Source: Cenarchaeum sp. (GTDB lineage: Archaea > Thermoproteota > Nitrososphaeria > Nitrososphaerales > Nitrosopumilaceae). From it: a stretch of 64,000 nt of DNA. Numbering within the stretch: the stretch's first letter is position 1; each line of letters opens with the position of its first letter. A model generated the notes under the pieces. It had not been told where the DNA came from, did not search any database, and saw only the letters and a list, made by a program, of their open reading frames with translations. The stretch lies in the NCBI GenBank assembly GCA_965206845.1, contig OZ242221.1, positions 448,001-512,000 on the forward strand. The letters are read 5' to 3'. A program made the translations under genes and the position numbers. Shown here one piece after another: positions 10,729 through 20,066 of the stretch.

Positions 10729-11589
10729 TCATGCGCGTACATCACCGTCTGTGTTGCTCCTTGAGATATCAAACGAATCCCTGATGCATGCCACATAGCT
10801 CTCAGGCGTCCCCACGTCTATCCGTTTCTCTGTCGCCCCCAACTCCACCGCAACGCATTTGCCGTTTGCAGCCAACGACTCTATCGCGTCGGTGAGCTGG
10901 ATCTCCCCGTTCCTGCCGGGCTCGACCCTTTCCAATTCGCAAAAGATCGAGGGCTTGAAGATGTATGTTGCAATGACTGCCAGATTCGTCTTGGGCCGCC
11001 TTGGTTTCTCCTCCAAGTGTTCCACCCTGAAGAGCCCGTCACCGATGCTCCTCCCCTCGATGACCCCGTACTGTTCTGGTCTCTCCACCCTGTCGACCAA
11101 AAGCGCGATATCCGCCCCGTTTGAGAAGAACGCAGCTTCTAGCCTTTGGATGTGGCCGTTGTCCGGCGACAGGATTACGTCGTCTCCTGCGTGAAGCAGA
11201 AAACTGTCCTTTCCTGCAAAGATCTTTGCCTTCAGGACCGCGTCGCCAAAGCCACGCGGCGATGACTGCTGAACGTACATGATGTGGCTGGAGCGTATCT
11301 TTTTGTAAAAGTCCTGCAAGTCGCTGTTTGTCGAGTACTTGGCAGAATCGTCTATCAGGAAATAATCCTCGATGGATCTCTTGCCACGGCCCACGACGAA
11401 GCAGAATTTGCGATAACCGTGGTCGTGCAGGGACTCGTATACCACCTCAAGAATTGGCTTGAGGATGAGACGGCCGTCCTTGGCCCTTGCGCAGTACGGG
11501 AGCATCTCTTTTGGTGTTTCTTTACTAAACGGCAGGAGCCTGCTTCCACTTCCCGCCGCGGTAATTACCGCCTTTCTTATTTTTGGCAT
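10729..11589 (-). CDS. galU: UTP-glucose-1-phosphate uridylyltransferase
   Basis: KAVITAAGSGSRLLP, PKEMLP, EEKP, GEIQLTDA, DVGT. Confidence 0.88.
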   Translation of the reverse strand: MPKIRKAVITAAGSGSRLLPFSKETPKEMLPYCARAKDGRLILKPILEVVYESLHDHGYRKFCFVVGRGKRSIEDYFLIDDSAKYSTNSDLQDFYKKIRSSHIMYVQQSSPRGFGDAVLKAKIFAGKDSFLLHAGDDVILSPDNGHIQRLEAAFFSNGADIALLVDRVERPEQYGVIEGRSIGDGLFRVEHLEEKPRRPKTNLAVIATYIFKPSIFCELERVEPGRNGEIQLTDAIESLAANGKCVAVELGATEKRIDVGTPESYVACIRDSFDISRSNTDGDVRA

Positions 11590-11682
11590 AATTCTGGGTC
11601 TGCAGACCCCTTTAACATATTTTGTCTTTTGGAGCCTCTGCCCGGCAGGACAGCGCTTGGGGCACGGTGGGTGGCATGTGGA

Positions 11683-13185
11683 TCAACTCCCGGCATTCTT
11701 GCGGCGCGAGGCAATCTCCAATAGAACCATGCGGAACAGCTTCCTCGTCTTGCGGTCGATTGCATAGGTGATGCCAAGGTACGTAGCGCAGCAGATGGTC
11801 AGCTCTAACAGCAGGCCCGGCAGATATGAGTATATGCTGACATCGAAGATCACAACATGCTCGTTTGTGAGCATGAAGACCACTGCCATGCCGGCCCCTC
11901 CGGCTACGTGCCTCAGAACGTTCCCGTACGGCACCCGGAAGGGGACATGTTTCCTGGCAAGCACGATATGGTAAAACAAGAACGGCGCAGAGATTGCCAG
12001 CATTACTGACGACCATACCACGACCAGCTCTGGCTCCGGCAGATCCCTGAATGTGTACAGGGATGCGGCCAGCACCCCCAGGTAGACTGCATAGTACGCG
12101 TTCTCGACTGTCCCCACCAGGAAGAGCCTGCTCCTTAACAAAGCAGCCGCAGAAGGCTCCTCCACATCCACGTCGTCAGTGCCCGTCAGCACATGCTGTA
12201 AAAATTTCATGATTACTCGCAAGAACATGCCAAACGCCAACAGCACCCCCGCCATCCACGCCTCGGCATACTCTGGGTTGAGAAGAAACATCGCATGTCT
12301 GGAAAAGAGCGCTGCCAGTATCACAAGTGGGATGGCAAAGTACATCATCCACGTAAGGTTCTCCGTGATGTGGTCCCTGCCTCCCTCTGCCAGCAGCTTG
12401 GGGTACAGTGCCTGCGAGATCTGCCCGACGCGGCCCACCCTCTTGGCAACTACCAGTGCAGCGGCATAGTACGCGACCCCTACCACCGAGCCTGTAATCA
12501 CAGCATATATGATGATATCCAGCGCGCTCAGCACGCGTGGTACCCTCCCGTAGAGCGGCATCCAAGCCTGCTTTATCCATCCTTTCAGGTAGGCAAAGTC
12601 CGTCGGAACCGCCAAACGGGGACGTGCGTAACGCAGCTGGACTGCGATGTCGGCTAGATGGGCTGCAAAGACAGCAAGTATGGCACCGTCCAGCCCCAGC
12701 CCCAAGAAGAACACCAGCGCAAGCCCGGCAGGTATTTTGAGAAACTGAAAGGCGGCCATGCCTATGCTCACTGCATGCGGCTTGGATCCCAAGTTTATCG
12801 CGGAGAGGGTGCCTTGGACGAACAACACCGGGATCAGGATCGCTCCCAGGAGCATCGAGTCTAGGAACGCAGACTCGATGTTGGAAAACAGGTACACGGA
12901 CAGCACGTATATCGGAACGGAGCCACCGGCAAAGAACGAAGTGGATACCATGGACGTCTTTCCGACCGGCCTTCCCCTCGCAACTTGGCGCGTGGTCCAG
13001 TAGGATATTATGGGCCCGGTGGCAACAGAGTACGAGGTCATGCTACCTATGATTGCCCACATGCCGAACTCCTCTGGTTCCAGCTGCCTGGTTATTATGA
13101 TAATAAAGGCCAATCCTGCAAGCATGCCACCCAGGGACACGGCAAATCCAAGCAGTCCCGAGTAGGTAACCCGTATGTCGTCCAA
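11683..13185 (-). CDS. Polysaccharide flippase-like (Wzx/MOP) multi-pass membrane protein
   Basis: About 12-14 hydrophobic segments, N-terminal ITRQLEPEEFGMW motif, located in the glycan locus. Confidence 0.75.
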   Translation of the reverse strand: MDDIRVTYSGLLGFAVSLGGMLAGLAFIIIITRQLEPEEFGMWAIIGSMTSYSVATGPIISYWTTRQVARGRPVGKTSMVSTSFFAGGSVPIYVLSVYLFSNIESAFLDSMLLGAILIPVLFVQGTLSAINLGSKPHAVSIGMAAFQFLKIPAGLALVFFLGLGLDGAILAVFAAHLADIAVQLRYARPRLAVPTDFAYLKGWIKQAWMPLYGRVPRVLSALDIIIYAVITGSVVGVAYYAAALVVAKRVGRVGQISQALYPKLLAEGGRDHITENLTWMMYFAIPLVILAALFSRHAMFLLNPEYAEAWMAGVLLAFGMFLRVIMKFLQHVLTGTDDVDVEEPSAAALLRSRLFLVGTVENAYYAVYLGVLAASLYTFRDLPEPELVVVWSSVMLAISAPFLFYHIVLARKHVPFRVPYGNVLRHVAGGAGMAVVFMLTNEHVVIFDVSIYSYLPGLLLELTICCATYLGITYAIDRKTRKLFRMVLLEIASRRKNAGS

Positions 13186-13259
13186 TTTTTTTCTATCGGT
13201 ACCGCGCCATTAATAGAACTTGTGCATAATCCCCCACAATATTTGAGATTTGAGCCAGC

Positions 13260-14160
13260 ATGCGAGATGCACAGGCCAGAGACGACCATCCACGGCTGGC
13301 CGGCACGTGCGATGGAGCGCGGCCCCGGCGTCCTGCCCGGCAGGAAGGCCCCGGGCCGCCGAACCCTGCTGGACGAGCCGTCCCGGTGGTGGCTCTCGGA
13401 GCTGCCGGGCCGCGGTCCCCGGGAGTGCGGATTCCGGGCAGGATCCTGGCAGTCAGGGACCACTCTGGAGCTGATCCGCAGGAAGTTTGGGATATCATGC
13501 GGCCCGCGCACGCTGCGGGGGATGCTGCACAAGGTCAGGTTCCCGTACAGGAAGCCCGAACCCGTCCCGTACAACTCCGCCCCGGGGGTCGAGCAGGTGG
13601 AGTCCAAGAGGCGCACATCTGTCGAAGCGGGCAGGCTGGCAGGGCACGGATATGCCGTGTTCAGCGGGAATGAGGCGCTCCGGCGGCTGTCCGCGGCGGC
13701 CAGCTACGGGTGGTTTCCCACCAGCGGAAACGAGACAGTCCCGACGGGATTCTCAACTCGGTGCGTCAGGATGTTCGGGATCCTAGGAAAGGACGGGCAC
13801 CACGTGCGGACAGCCGAGGCCACGAATTCGCGCACGTCCGTGAACTTTCTAAAGTGGATGCGCCTGAAATACCCGAAATCCGCGCTCGTCCTGGACAACG
13901 CCTCGTGCCACAAGTCGGGAACGGTCATGGACTATCCGGCGCATGTCAACGGGGGCATCCGCCTGGCATTCCTGCCCCCCGCACGTGCCGCAGCCCAACC
14001 CAACCGAGATGCTCTGGGGGGATCAAGCGGCCGCTGTCCTGCCGGTGCTTTGAGTCGGAGGAGGAACTGGAGGGGCCATAACGGAGACAGTCGGTGGCGG
14101 CGGGCTGAAGGCCGCCAAAACGACGGATTGCTTGGTTGCCCGAGATACTGCCTGCGGTAG
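13260..14160 (+). pseudogene. Degenerate IS630-family transposase
   Basis: PGRRT, W...LIRRKFGI...LHKVRF (HTH_33-like) and LVLDNASCHKS. The first catalytic D is replaced (GNEA) and the frame shifts near the LNPIE motif. Confidence 0.75.
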
Positions 14161-14508
14161 GCTGCCAGGATGTTTCCGGGGGATATCCGCGCCGCAGTAC
14201 GATGCCGGCTTGCAATCCTTCAACCGCTGTCGCCTTGTCTTCATCCGAAACAAGTCGCCGCGACGCCGGACTTCTTTGGCAATGCCAGATAGCTGCCGCA
14301 CTTTGCCAGGATGTCAGATCTTTATGGCCTTCGCTGCGCTCTCTTCCCTGATCTTTGTCCTTCGGTTACACAGAGCCCGGCATTACGTCCATCGGCTGGT
14401 AGGCCAGGTACGAGTTAGGTGGAGCGCGAACGCTTACGAAACGTGGATGCGTGTACGAATCAGATGTCTATTCAGTTTAAATTATACCACGCCAAAGTCC
14501 ATCACGAT

Positions 14509-15555
14509 ATGAGAATAGGAATCGTCGGGGCGTCAGGATATGTGGGCGGAGAGGTGCTGCGCCTGCTGGTAAACCACCCCGAGATCGAGATCACCATGGT
14601 CACCTCCAGGGTACATGTGGGGGAGTACCTTCACAGGGTCCAGCCCAGCCTGAAGGGGTTCACGAACATGGTCTTCTCAGAGCCCAACTACGACAAGATG
14701 GCAGAGGAGTGCGACCTTGTATTTACCGCGGTGCCGCACGGGACCGCCACCGAGATCGTCAAGGCGCTGTACGACCGGGAGGTCAAGGTCATAGACCTGA
14801 GCGCGGACTATAGGCTGCACAACCCCGGGGACTATGACAAGTGGTACGGGTGGCGGCACCCGCATGCGGACTATCTTCCCAAGTCCGTCTTTGGCATTCC
14901 GGAGCTGCACCGCGAGGAGATCAAGGACGCCCGCCTCGTCTCGTGCCCCGGATGCATGGCAGTCACCTCCATTCTCGCGCTCGCCCCGCTGATCCGGCAC
15001 GACCTGATCGACACCGAGCACATCGTGGTGGACTCAAAAATCGGCTCGTCCGGAGCAGGCGGCGGCCAAGGCACCGCGCATGCAATGAGGGCCGGCGTGA
15101 TCAGGCCCTACAAGCCGGCAGGGCACAGGCACACCGGCGAGATCGAGCAGGAGCTCAGCGAGATAGCAAAAAAGAAGATCAGCGTCTCCATGAGCCCGCA
15201 CGCAGTGGATGTAGTCCGCGGCATACTGTGCACGAACCACACGTTCATGAAGGAGGCGGTCAGCGAGAGGGACCTCTGGAAGATCTACCGCCAGGCGTAC
15301 GGCCAGGAGAAGTTTGTCAGGCTGATCCGCGACAAGAAGGGGCTCTACAAGTACCCCGACCCCAAGTTCCTTGTGGGATCCAACTTTTGCGACATCGGCT
15401 TTGAGCTGGACGAGGACAACAACAGGCTGATCGCCATGTCGGCCTCGGACAACCTCATGAAGGGCGCCGCGGGATCCGCCGTCCACAACATGAACATAAT
15501 GTGCGGCTTTGACGAGACGGCCGGACTGATGTACACCCCGCTTACCCCGGTATAG
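14509..15555 (+). CDS. lysY: [LysW]-aminoadipyl/glutamyl-phosphate reductase (ArgC family)
   Basis: IVGASGYVG, IDLSADYRL, CPGC, DNLMKGAAG. TATA-like TTTAAATTATA upstream. Confidence 0.93.
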   Translation: MRIGIVGASGYVGGEVLRLLVNHPEIEITMVTSRVHVGEYLHRVQPSLKGFTNMVFSEPNYDKMAEECDLVFTAVPHGTATEIVKALYDREVKVIDLSADYRLHNPGDYDKWYGWRHPHADYLPKSVFGIPELHREEIKDARLVSCPGCMAVTSILALAPLIRHDLIDTEHIVVDSKIGSSGAGGGQGTAHAMRAGVIRPYKPAGHRHTGEIEQELSEIAKKKISVSMSPHAVDVVRGILCTNHTFMKEAVSERDLWKIYRQAYGQEKFVRLIRDKKGLYKYPDPKFLVGSNFCDIGFELDEDNNRLIAMSASDNLMKGAAGSAVHNMNIMCGFDETAGLMYTPLTPV

Positions 15556-15601
15556 GCATGGTTGCAATGCGCATACACAAGACTCCCGGGGAAGTGCACG
15601 C

Positions 15602-16408
15602 ATGGACATGATCACAATCAAGATCGGCGGCAGCGTGGTGGACAACCTGCACCCGTCGTTCATGTCTGACCTCAAAAAGATATCAGGCGACGGGCTGATA
15701 CTTGTCCACGGCGGCGGCAAGGAGGTCACCCGGGTCTCGTCACAGCTGGGACGAGAGCCCAAGTTCGTCACGTCGCCCAGCGGAATCAGGAGCCGGTACA
15801 CCGACCTGGAGACCGCGGAGATATTTACCATGGTGATGTCGGGGCGCATCAACAAGGGCATAGTCCGCATGCTGCAGGAGAACGGGATCAACGCGGTGGG
15901 ACTGTCGGGGGTGGACGCCAAGACAATCCAGGCGCAGAGAAAGAAGAGGCTCCTGATCGTCAACGAGCGGGGGCGCAAGCAGGCCATCGACGGGGGCTAC
16001 ACCGGCAAGATCACGCAGGTAAACGCAGAGTTCATCCGGTCCCTGCTGGGGATGGGCCTGACCCCGGTGATATCGCCCATTGCAATATCCGAGGAGTCGG
16101 AGTTTCTCAACGTGGACGGCGACAGGGCCGCAGCATACGTGGCAGGCAGCGTAAAGGCCGACAGGGTGCTCTTCATCACAGATGTGGACGGCCTCATGAT
16201 GGACGACCGGCTGGTCACGGATCTCTCCCTGGCACGGGCAAAGGAGATCAGGCCCAAGATCGGCCCCGGCATGGAGAAGAAGGTTCTTGCGGCAACAGAG
16301 GCCCTGGACATGGGGGTCACAGAGGCGATAATAGCAAACGGCCAGAGGGCAAACCCCATATCGTCTGCCATTGCGCACGACACATGCACGGTGATCAAGA
16401 ATGAGTGA
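15602..16408 (+). CDS. lysZ: [LysW]-aminoadipate/glutamate kinase (ArgB family)
   Basis: KIGGS, VHGGG, GGYTGKI, NVDGDRAA, GMEKK. Confidence 0.93.
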   Translation: MDMITIKIGGSVVDNLHPSFMSDLKKISGDGLILVHGGGKEVTRVSSQLGREPKFVTSPSGIRSRYTDLETAEIFTMVMSGRINKGIVRMLQENGINAVGLSGVDAKTIQAQRKKRLLIVNERGRKQAIDGGYTGKITQVNAEFIRSLLGMGLTPVISPIAISEESEFLNVDGDRAAAYVAGSVKADRVLFITDVDGLMMDDRLVTDLSLARAKEIRPKIGPGMEKKVLAATEALDMGVTEAIIANGQRANPISSAIAHDTCTVIKNE

Positions 16409-17588
16409 AGACCGGATCATGGGAAGGCTCTACCAGAGGTTTCCGGTGACGATCCAGAGGGGATCGGGGGCGCGCGTCTGGGACACCGACGGGCGCGAGT
16501 ACATCGACTGCATGGGCGGCTACGGCGTCGCCCTGGTGGGGCATGCAAACCCCCGGGTGGTCAGGGCCATAAAGGAGCAGGCAGAGCAGATCATCACGGT
16601 CCACAGCTCCCTCTACAGCAAGACCCGTGAGAGGTTCCTGGAGACGCTGGCGGGACTCGCGCCTGACGGGCTCTCGCAGATACACATGTCCAACAGCGGC
16701 GCCGAGGCCATTGAGGCTGCCATCAAGTTTGCAAGAAAGTTTACCGGGAAGAAGGGCATGATCGCCATGCGGGGCTCGTATCACGGCAAGTCCATGGGGG
16801 CGCTGTCGCTCACGTTCAACCCAAGGTACCGAAAGGCGTTTCAGCCCCTGGTGGACAGGGTGGACTTTACGCCATTTGGGGACGCCGGCGCCCTGAGGGA
16901 TACCATAACTGAGGAGACCGGCTTTGTGATTGTGGAGCCCATACAGGGTGAGAGCGGCATACACGTTGCGCCCCCGGGATTTTTACGGGAGGTCAGGGAG
17001 ATCTGCGACGAGCGCGGCATACTGCTGGTGTCAGACGAGATCCAGTCCGGCTTGGGAAGAACGGGGCGCATGTGGGCAGCAGACAACTGGGACGTGACGC
17101 CGGACATAATGTGCCTGGCAAAGGGGATCGCCGGCGGCGTTCCCATGGGAGCCACGCTGGCAAGGCCCGAGATACTGGACAGCATGGGCAGGGGGGAGCA
17201 CTCGTCCACGTTTGGCGGAAACCCGCTGTCGTGCGCAGCAGGCACCGCGGCGCTGCAGTGCCTGGTGCAGGACGGCCTTGTGCAGAACGCCCGCACCGTG
17301 GGCGAGGTGTTCATCCGCGGGCTGAACCGGCTAAAGGAGAGGCACCCCATAGTGCGGGAGGTGCGCGGCATGGGGCTCATGATCGGGATGGAGCTGAGGT
17401 TTGAGGTCCGGGACATAATCATGGAGGGGATAAAAAAGAACATCCTGCTGCTGTACTCGGGCAGGAACATACTGAGGTTCCTCCCCCCGCTGGTCATAAC
17501 GGAGCAGGAAATAACAAAGGTTTTAGGCATACTGGACGTACTGCTTTCCGAGGAGGAGGAGAGAAGGGGTGCCAACAGACGGAACTGA
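16401..17588 (+). CDS. lysJ: [LysW]-aminoadipate semialdehyde transaminase (ArgD family)
   Basis: Class-III PLP aminotransferase motifs EPIQGESG, DEIQSGLGRTG, AKGIAGG, STFGGNP. Confidence 0.93.
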   Translation: MSEDRIMGRLYQRFPVTIQRGSGARVWDTDGREYIDCMGGYGVALVGHANPRVVRAIKEQAEQIITVHSSLYSKTRERFLETLAGLAPDGLSQIHMSNSGAEAIEAAIKFARKFTGKKGMIAMRGSYHGKSMGALSLTFNPRYRKAFQPLVDRVDFTPFGDAGALRDTITEETGFVIVEPIQGESGIHVAPPGFLREVREICDERGILLVSDEIQSGLGRTGRMWAADNWDVTPDIMCLAKGIAGGVPMGATLARPEILDSMGRGEHSSTFGGNPLSCAAGTAALQCLVQDGLVQNARTVGEVFIRGLNRLKERHPIVREVRGMGLMIGMELRFEVRDIIMEGIKKNILLLYSGRNILRFLPPLVITEQEITKVLGILDVLLSEEEERRGANRRN

Positions 17589-18054
17589 CGGGGCCGGCAG
17601 CCTTGGGCGCCTTAGGGAGGCAGTCAACTCCTACGGGTCGCCAGACAAGACCGACGAGAAGATCCTGAGGATACTCAGGGACAACGCGCGGGAGTCGTTT
17701 GTGGACATTGCCAAGAGTATAGGCCTCAAGGAGGCATCTGTCAGGCGGCGCGTGCGGAACATGAAGAGGAACGGAATCATAAGAAGATTCACGGTGGAGA
17801 TGGGCGAGGGCAACGTCACCCAGGCGATAGTCCTGATATCGATCGAGTCGGCCATGGAGACCTCCGGGGTGTCTGGCAACCTGATCGCGGTGCCGGGAGT
17901 CAGGATAGTCTACGAGATCACCGGACAGTACGACATCACAACCGTGATCAGCGGCCGCAACATAGCGGAGATAAACAGCACCATAGACGCCGTAAGAAAG
18001 ATTCCCGGGGTGACTGACACCAACTCGGTGATCATCCTGCGCACGTACTCGTAG
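17569..18054 (+). CDS. Lrp/AsnC-family regulator (LysM-like)
   Basis: DKTDEKILRIL HTH followed by a RAM domain (YEITGQYD); position in the lys cluster. Confidence 0.88.
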   Translation: MPTDGTDGAGSLGRLREAVNSYGSPDKTDEKILRILRDNARESFVDIAKSIGLKEASVRRRVRNMKRNGIIRRFTVEMGEGNVTQAIVLISIESAMETSGVSGNLIAVPGVRIVYEITGQYDITTVISGRNIAEINSTIDAVRKIPGVTDTNSVIILRTYS

Positions 18055-18420
18055 CGGTTCGTTCCCGGAGTCCGGCATCAGCTCGCCAGTCACACCACAT
18101 AGCGCAAGTTTCGGATCAGTGTATCGGTTGAAGGGTTATTTTACGTTATGAGACCTGACTGGAGCTATCGGCTCCGTCTGCGAACCTTCCTGCATGAGCA
18201 GTCTCTACCCCTTATTTGAGAGCGAGTCTGCGCCGAATGTGGGGTATTGCTCTAGGTGCGATGCCCAAGTATGCGAGAAGGTGATTTTTGAGCGCGTCAA
18301 AGTCTTACGGTCTGCTTACATCCTGCACGAATTTTCGCGTGTTGTTATAGTCTCCTGAATAATTACACGTGTCAAGATCTGCAACAAGTGCGGCAGTCAT
18401 CGCTATCGGAAATCTGGCGT

Positions 18421-19446
18421 TCACCTTCTCTTTTTGTAAGCGACAAATACTAGGGCAACTCCTCCAGCAATTACAAGCGGAACAATCACGTATAACATTC
18501 CCTGTGGTTCGGGGAAAGTTGCAGGGTCGGCGATGCCTGCTGTTTGTCTGGGTTTGCATAGATCGGGCAATACCGCAGTTGCGTTTTCTGCACTGCACAT
18601 TATTTCCAAGCTGTCTCTGTGCACATCAAGCTCCCCTGTCGTTTTGTCGACTAACCGCTGGTCATATACAAAAAAACAGTTCCCAAAGTGCGGGCTGTTT
18701 AGTATGCTGATTACGGCCTTGTGTTGCTGACTTTCAACTACTACCGTGCCGGTTTGGGGATTCGTTGACAGCGTTACGCCTGTGGTAATCGTGTAATCTG
18801 AGCTGTTCTGCCTTAGCTTGTTAAATACATAGACATCGTCTGCAAATAATTTTTCAGCCTGCCTTACATCGGCCTCAAAATCACACGAGTAGATGTAGTC
18901 ATCTTTTTCGTTTATCAGGCTGTTTAGAAAATTGTTTCCGCGGTTGATTTTAGTGTATAGGTCCATCTTAGATGCCAATTCTTCCATCTCAAAGTCTGAA
19001 GCTACGTCATAGAGCCAAGATACGTGATAGCCTGTCGCCTTGCCTTCGCCATAGTCGTCTAGGAACTTTACAATCCCTTTTGTTGCGATATAGTCGCCGA
19101 CGCAGAGCTCTCTGTAGTAGTGATCATATCTCCTGTCCGCAAACAAGACGTATTCTTCACCTTCCAGATAGTAGTCATCCCAGTACAGGTCGGCCTTTAC
19201 GGTAAACTCGTCATGATGTTCTCCCTTGTAGACTTTGATTGTCTCAAAGACCAGGGTGGTCGTCTTTGCGGCTAATGGAGGGGCGCTTTTATCAATCAAT
19301 TTTCCATGCAACAGAAGATCATGTCTTTCGTACGCCTCTTCAAATGGCGGAATACCGCAAGACAGGGCAAAGGTTGGGTCTGGCGTAACCAGGGCAATGC
19401 TGGCAACTAAAAAAATCACAAAACACCCCATAATACGATTAAGCAT
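18421..19446 (-). CDS. Exported, membrane-anchored protein with an N-terminal TIMP/NTR-like domain
   Basis: Signal peptide ending TFA, then LSCGIPPFEEAYERHDLLLHGK...EGEEYVLFA...ELC. C-terminal TM helix followed by KKRR. Confidence 0.6.
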   Translation of the reverse strand: MLNRIMGCFVIFLVASIALVTPDPTFALSCGIPPFEEAYERHDLLLHGKLIDKSAPPLAAKTTTLVFETIKVYKGEHHDEFTVKADLYWDDYYLEGEEYVLFADRRYDHYYRELCVGDYIATKGIVKFLDDYGEGKATGYHVSWLYDVASDFEMEELASKMDLYTKINRGNNFLNSLINEKDDYIYSCDFEADVRQAEKLFADDVYVFNKLRQNSSDYTITTGVTLSTNPQTGTVVVESQQHKAVISILNSPHFGNCFFVYDQRLVDKTTGELDVHRDSLEIMCSAENATAVLPDLCKPRQTAGIADPATFPEPQGMLYVIVPLVIAGGVALVFVAYKKRR

Positions 19447-19519
19447 CTTTTGGACTCTTCCTCATGCGTGAGTCTAGTGCCGCCCTCCGTTTTTAACTGT
19501 TGAGGGAATTTTTTATACA

Positions 19520-19955
19520 CTGTTCAATCTTCGGTGGTTTCCGCAGTTTTCATTCCTGAAAAAACCCAAAAGTCTCGCAGATTGAACAGTGTAAAGGTTT
19601 TGGGACAGATCCTGACAACCAGACAAAACCAAGAAATAGGCAAGGTATGGCCAGGTCTGCGGCCCGGAATCCCAACCGTCTTTCCTTCGACCTATTCTGA
19701 CGGTTTGATCCCCTTTGCAGAACGCGCCTTCTTTTGCTGCGCAGGCACGCTGCCGTGAGCTGGCGGAGAATTGGCATTATCATAGATCATCAGGCGTCTT
19801 CTGAGCAAGTCATTTTCCATGATCAACTCTGTTGCTGTCTTTTTCCCTTTTTCTACTACGCGTGCCAGTTTCTCGATCACTGAACTTCTTTTCTTGATAT
19901 CTGCCATCATCTTGGCCAGTTCGCCCTGCAGTATCTTGACCTCTGAATCTGACAA
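19520..19955 (-). pseudogene. IS66-like transposase N-terminal remnant
   Basis: Coiled coil then LRRRLMIYDNANSPP (NxxxPPS-like), stop/frameshift, and a G-rich linker with a downstream CxxC-like remnant. Confidence 0.55.
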
Positions 19956-20066
19956 TGAAACGATTTGGATGCAATAGGATTTAGCTTAATGGGGTAGAGG
20001 AAAGTTGACCCTGTGCTTAATCTAACCGATTAGTAATTATAAATATCTACCAAGTGAAATCTCCCA

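Noticed and set aside
14160-14400. Possible IS110 fragment (KPASYCG) on the minus strand
   Set aside because: There is only one short motif, which is insufficient for a call.
18203-19999. 9-bp inverted repeat CTCTACCCC/GGGGTAGAG bracketing the TIMP-like gene and IS66 remnant as a cargo transposon
   Set aside because: It is too short and has no TSD, so it could be chance.
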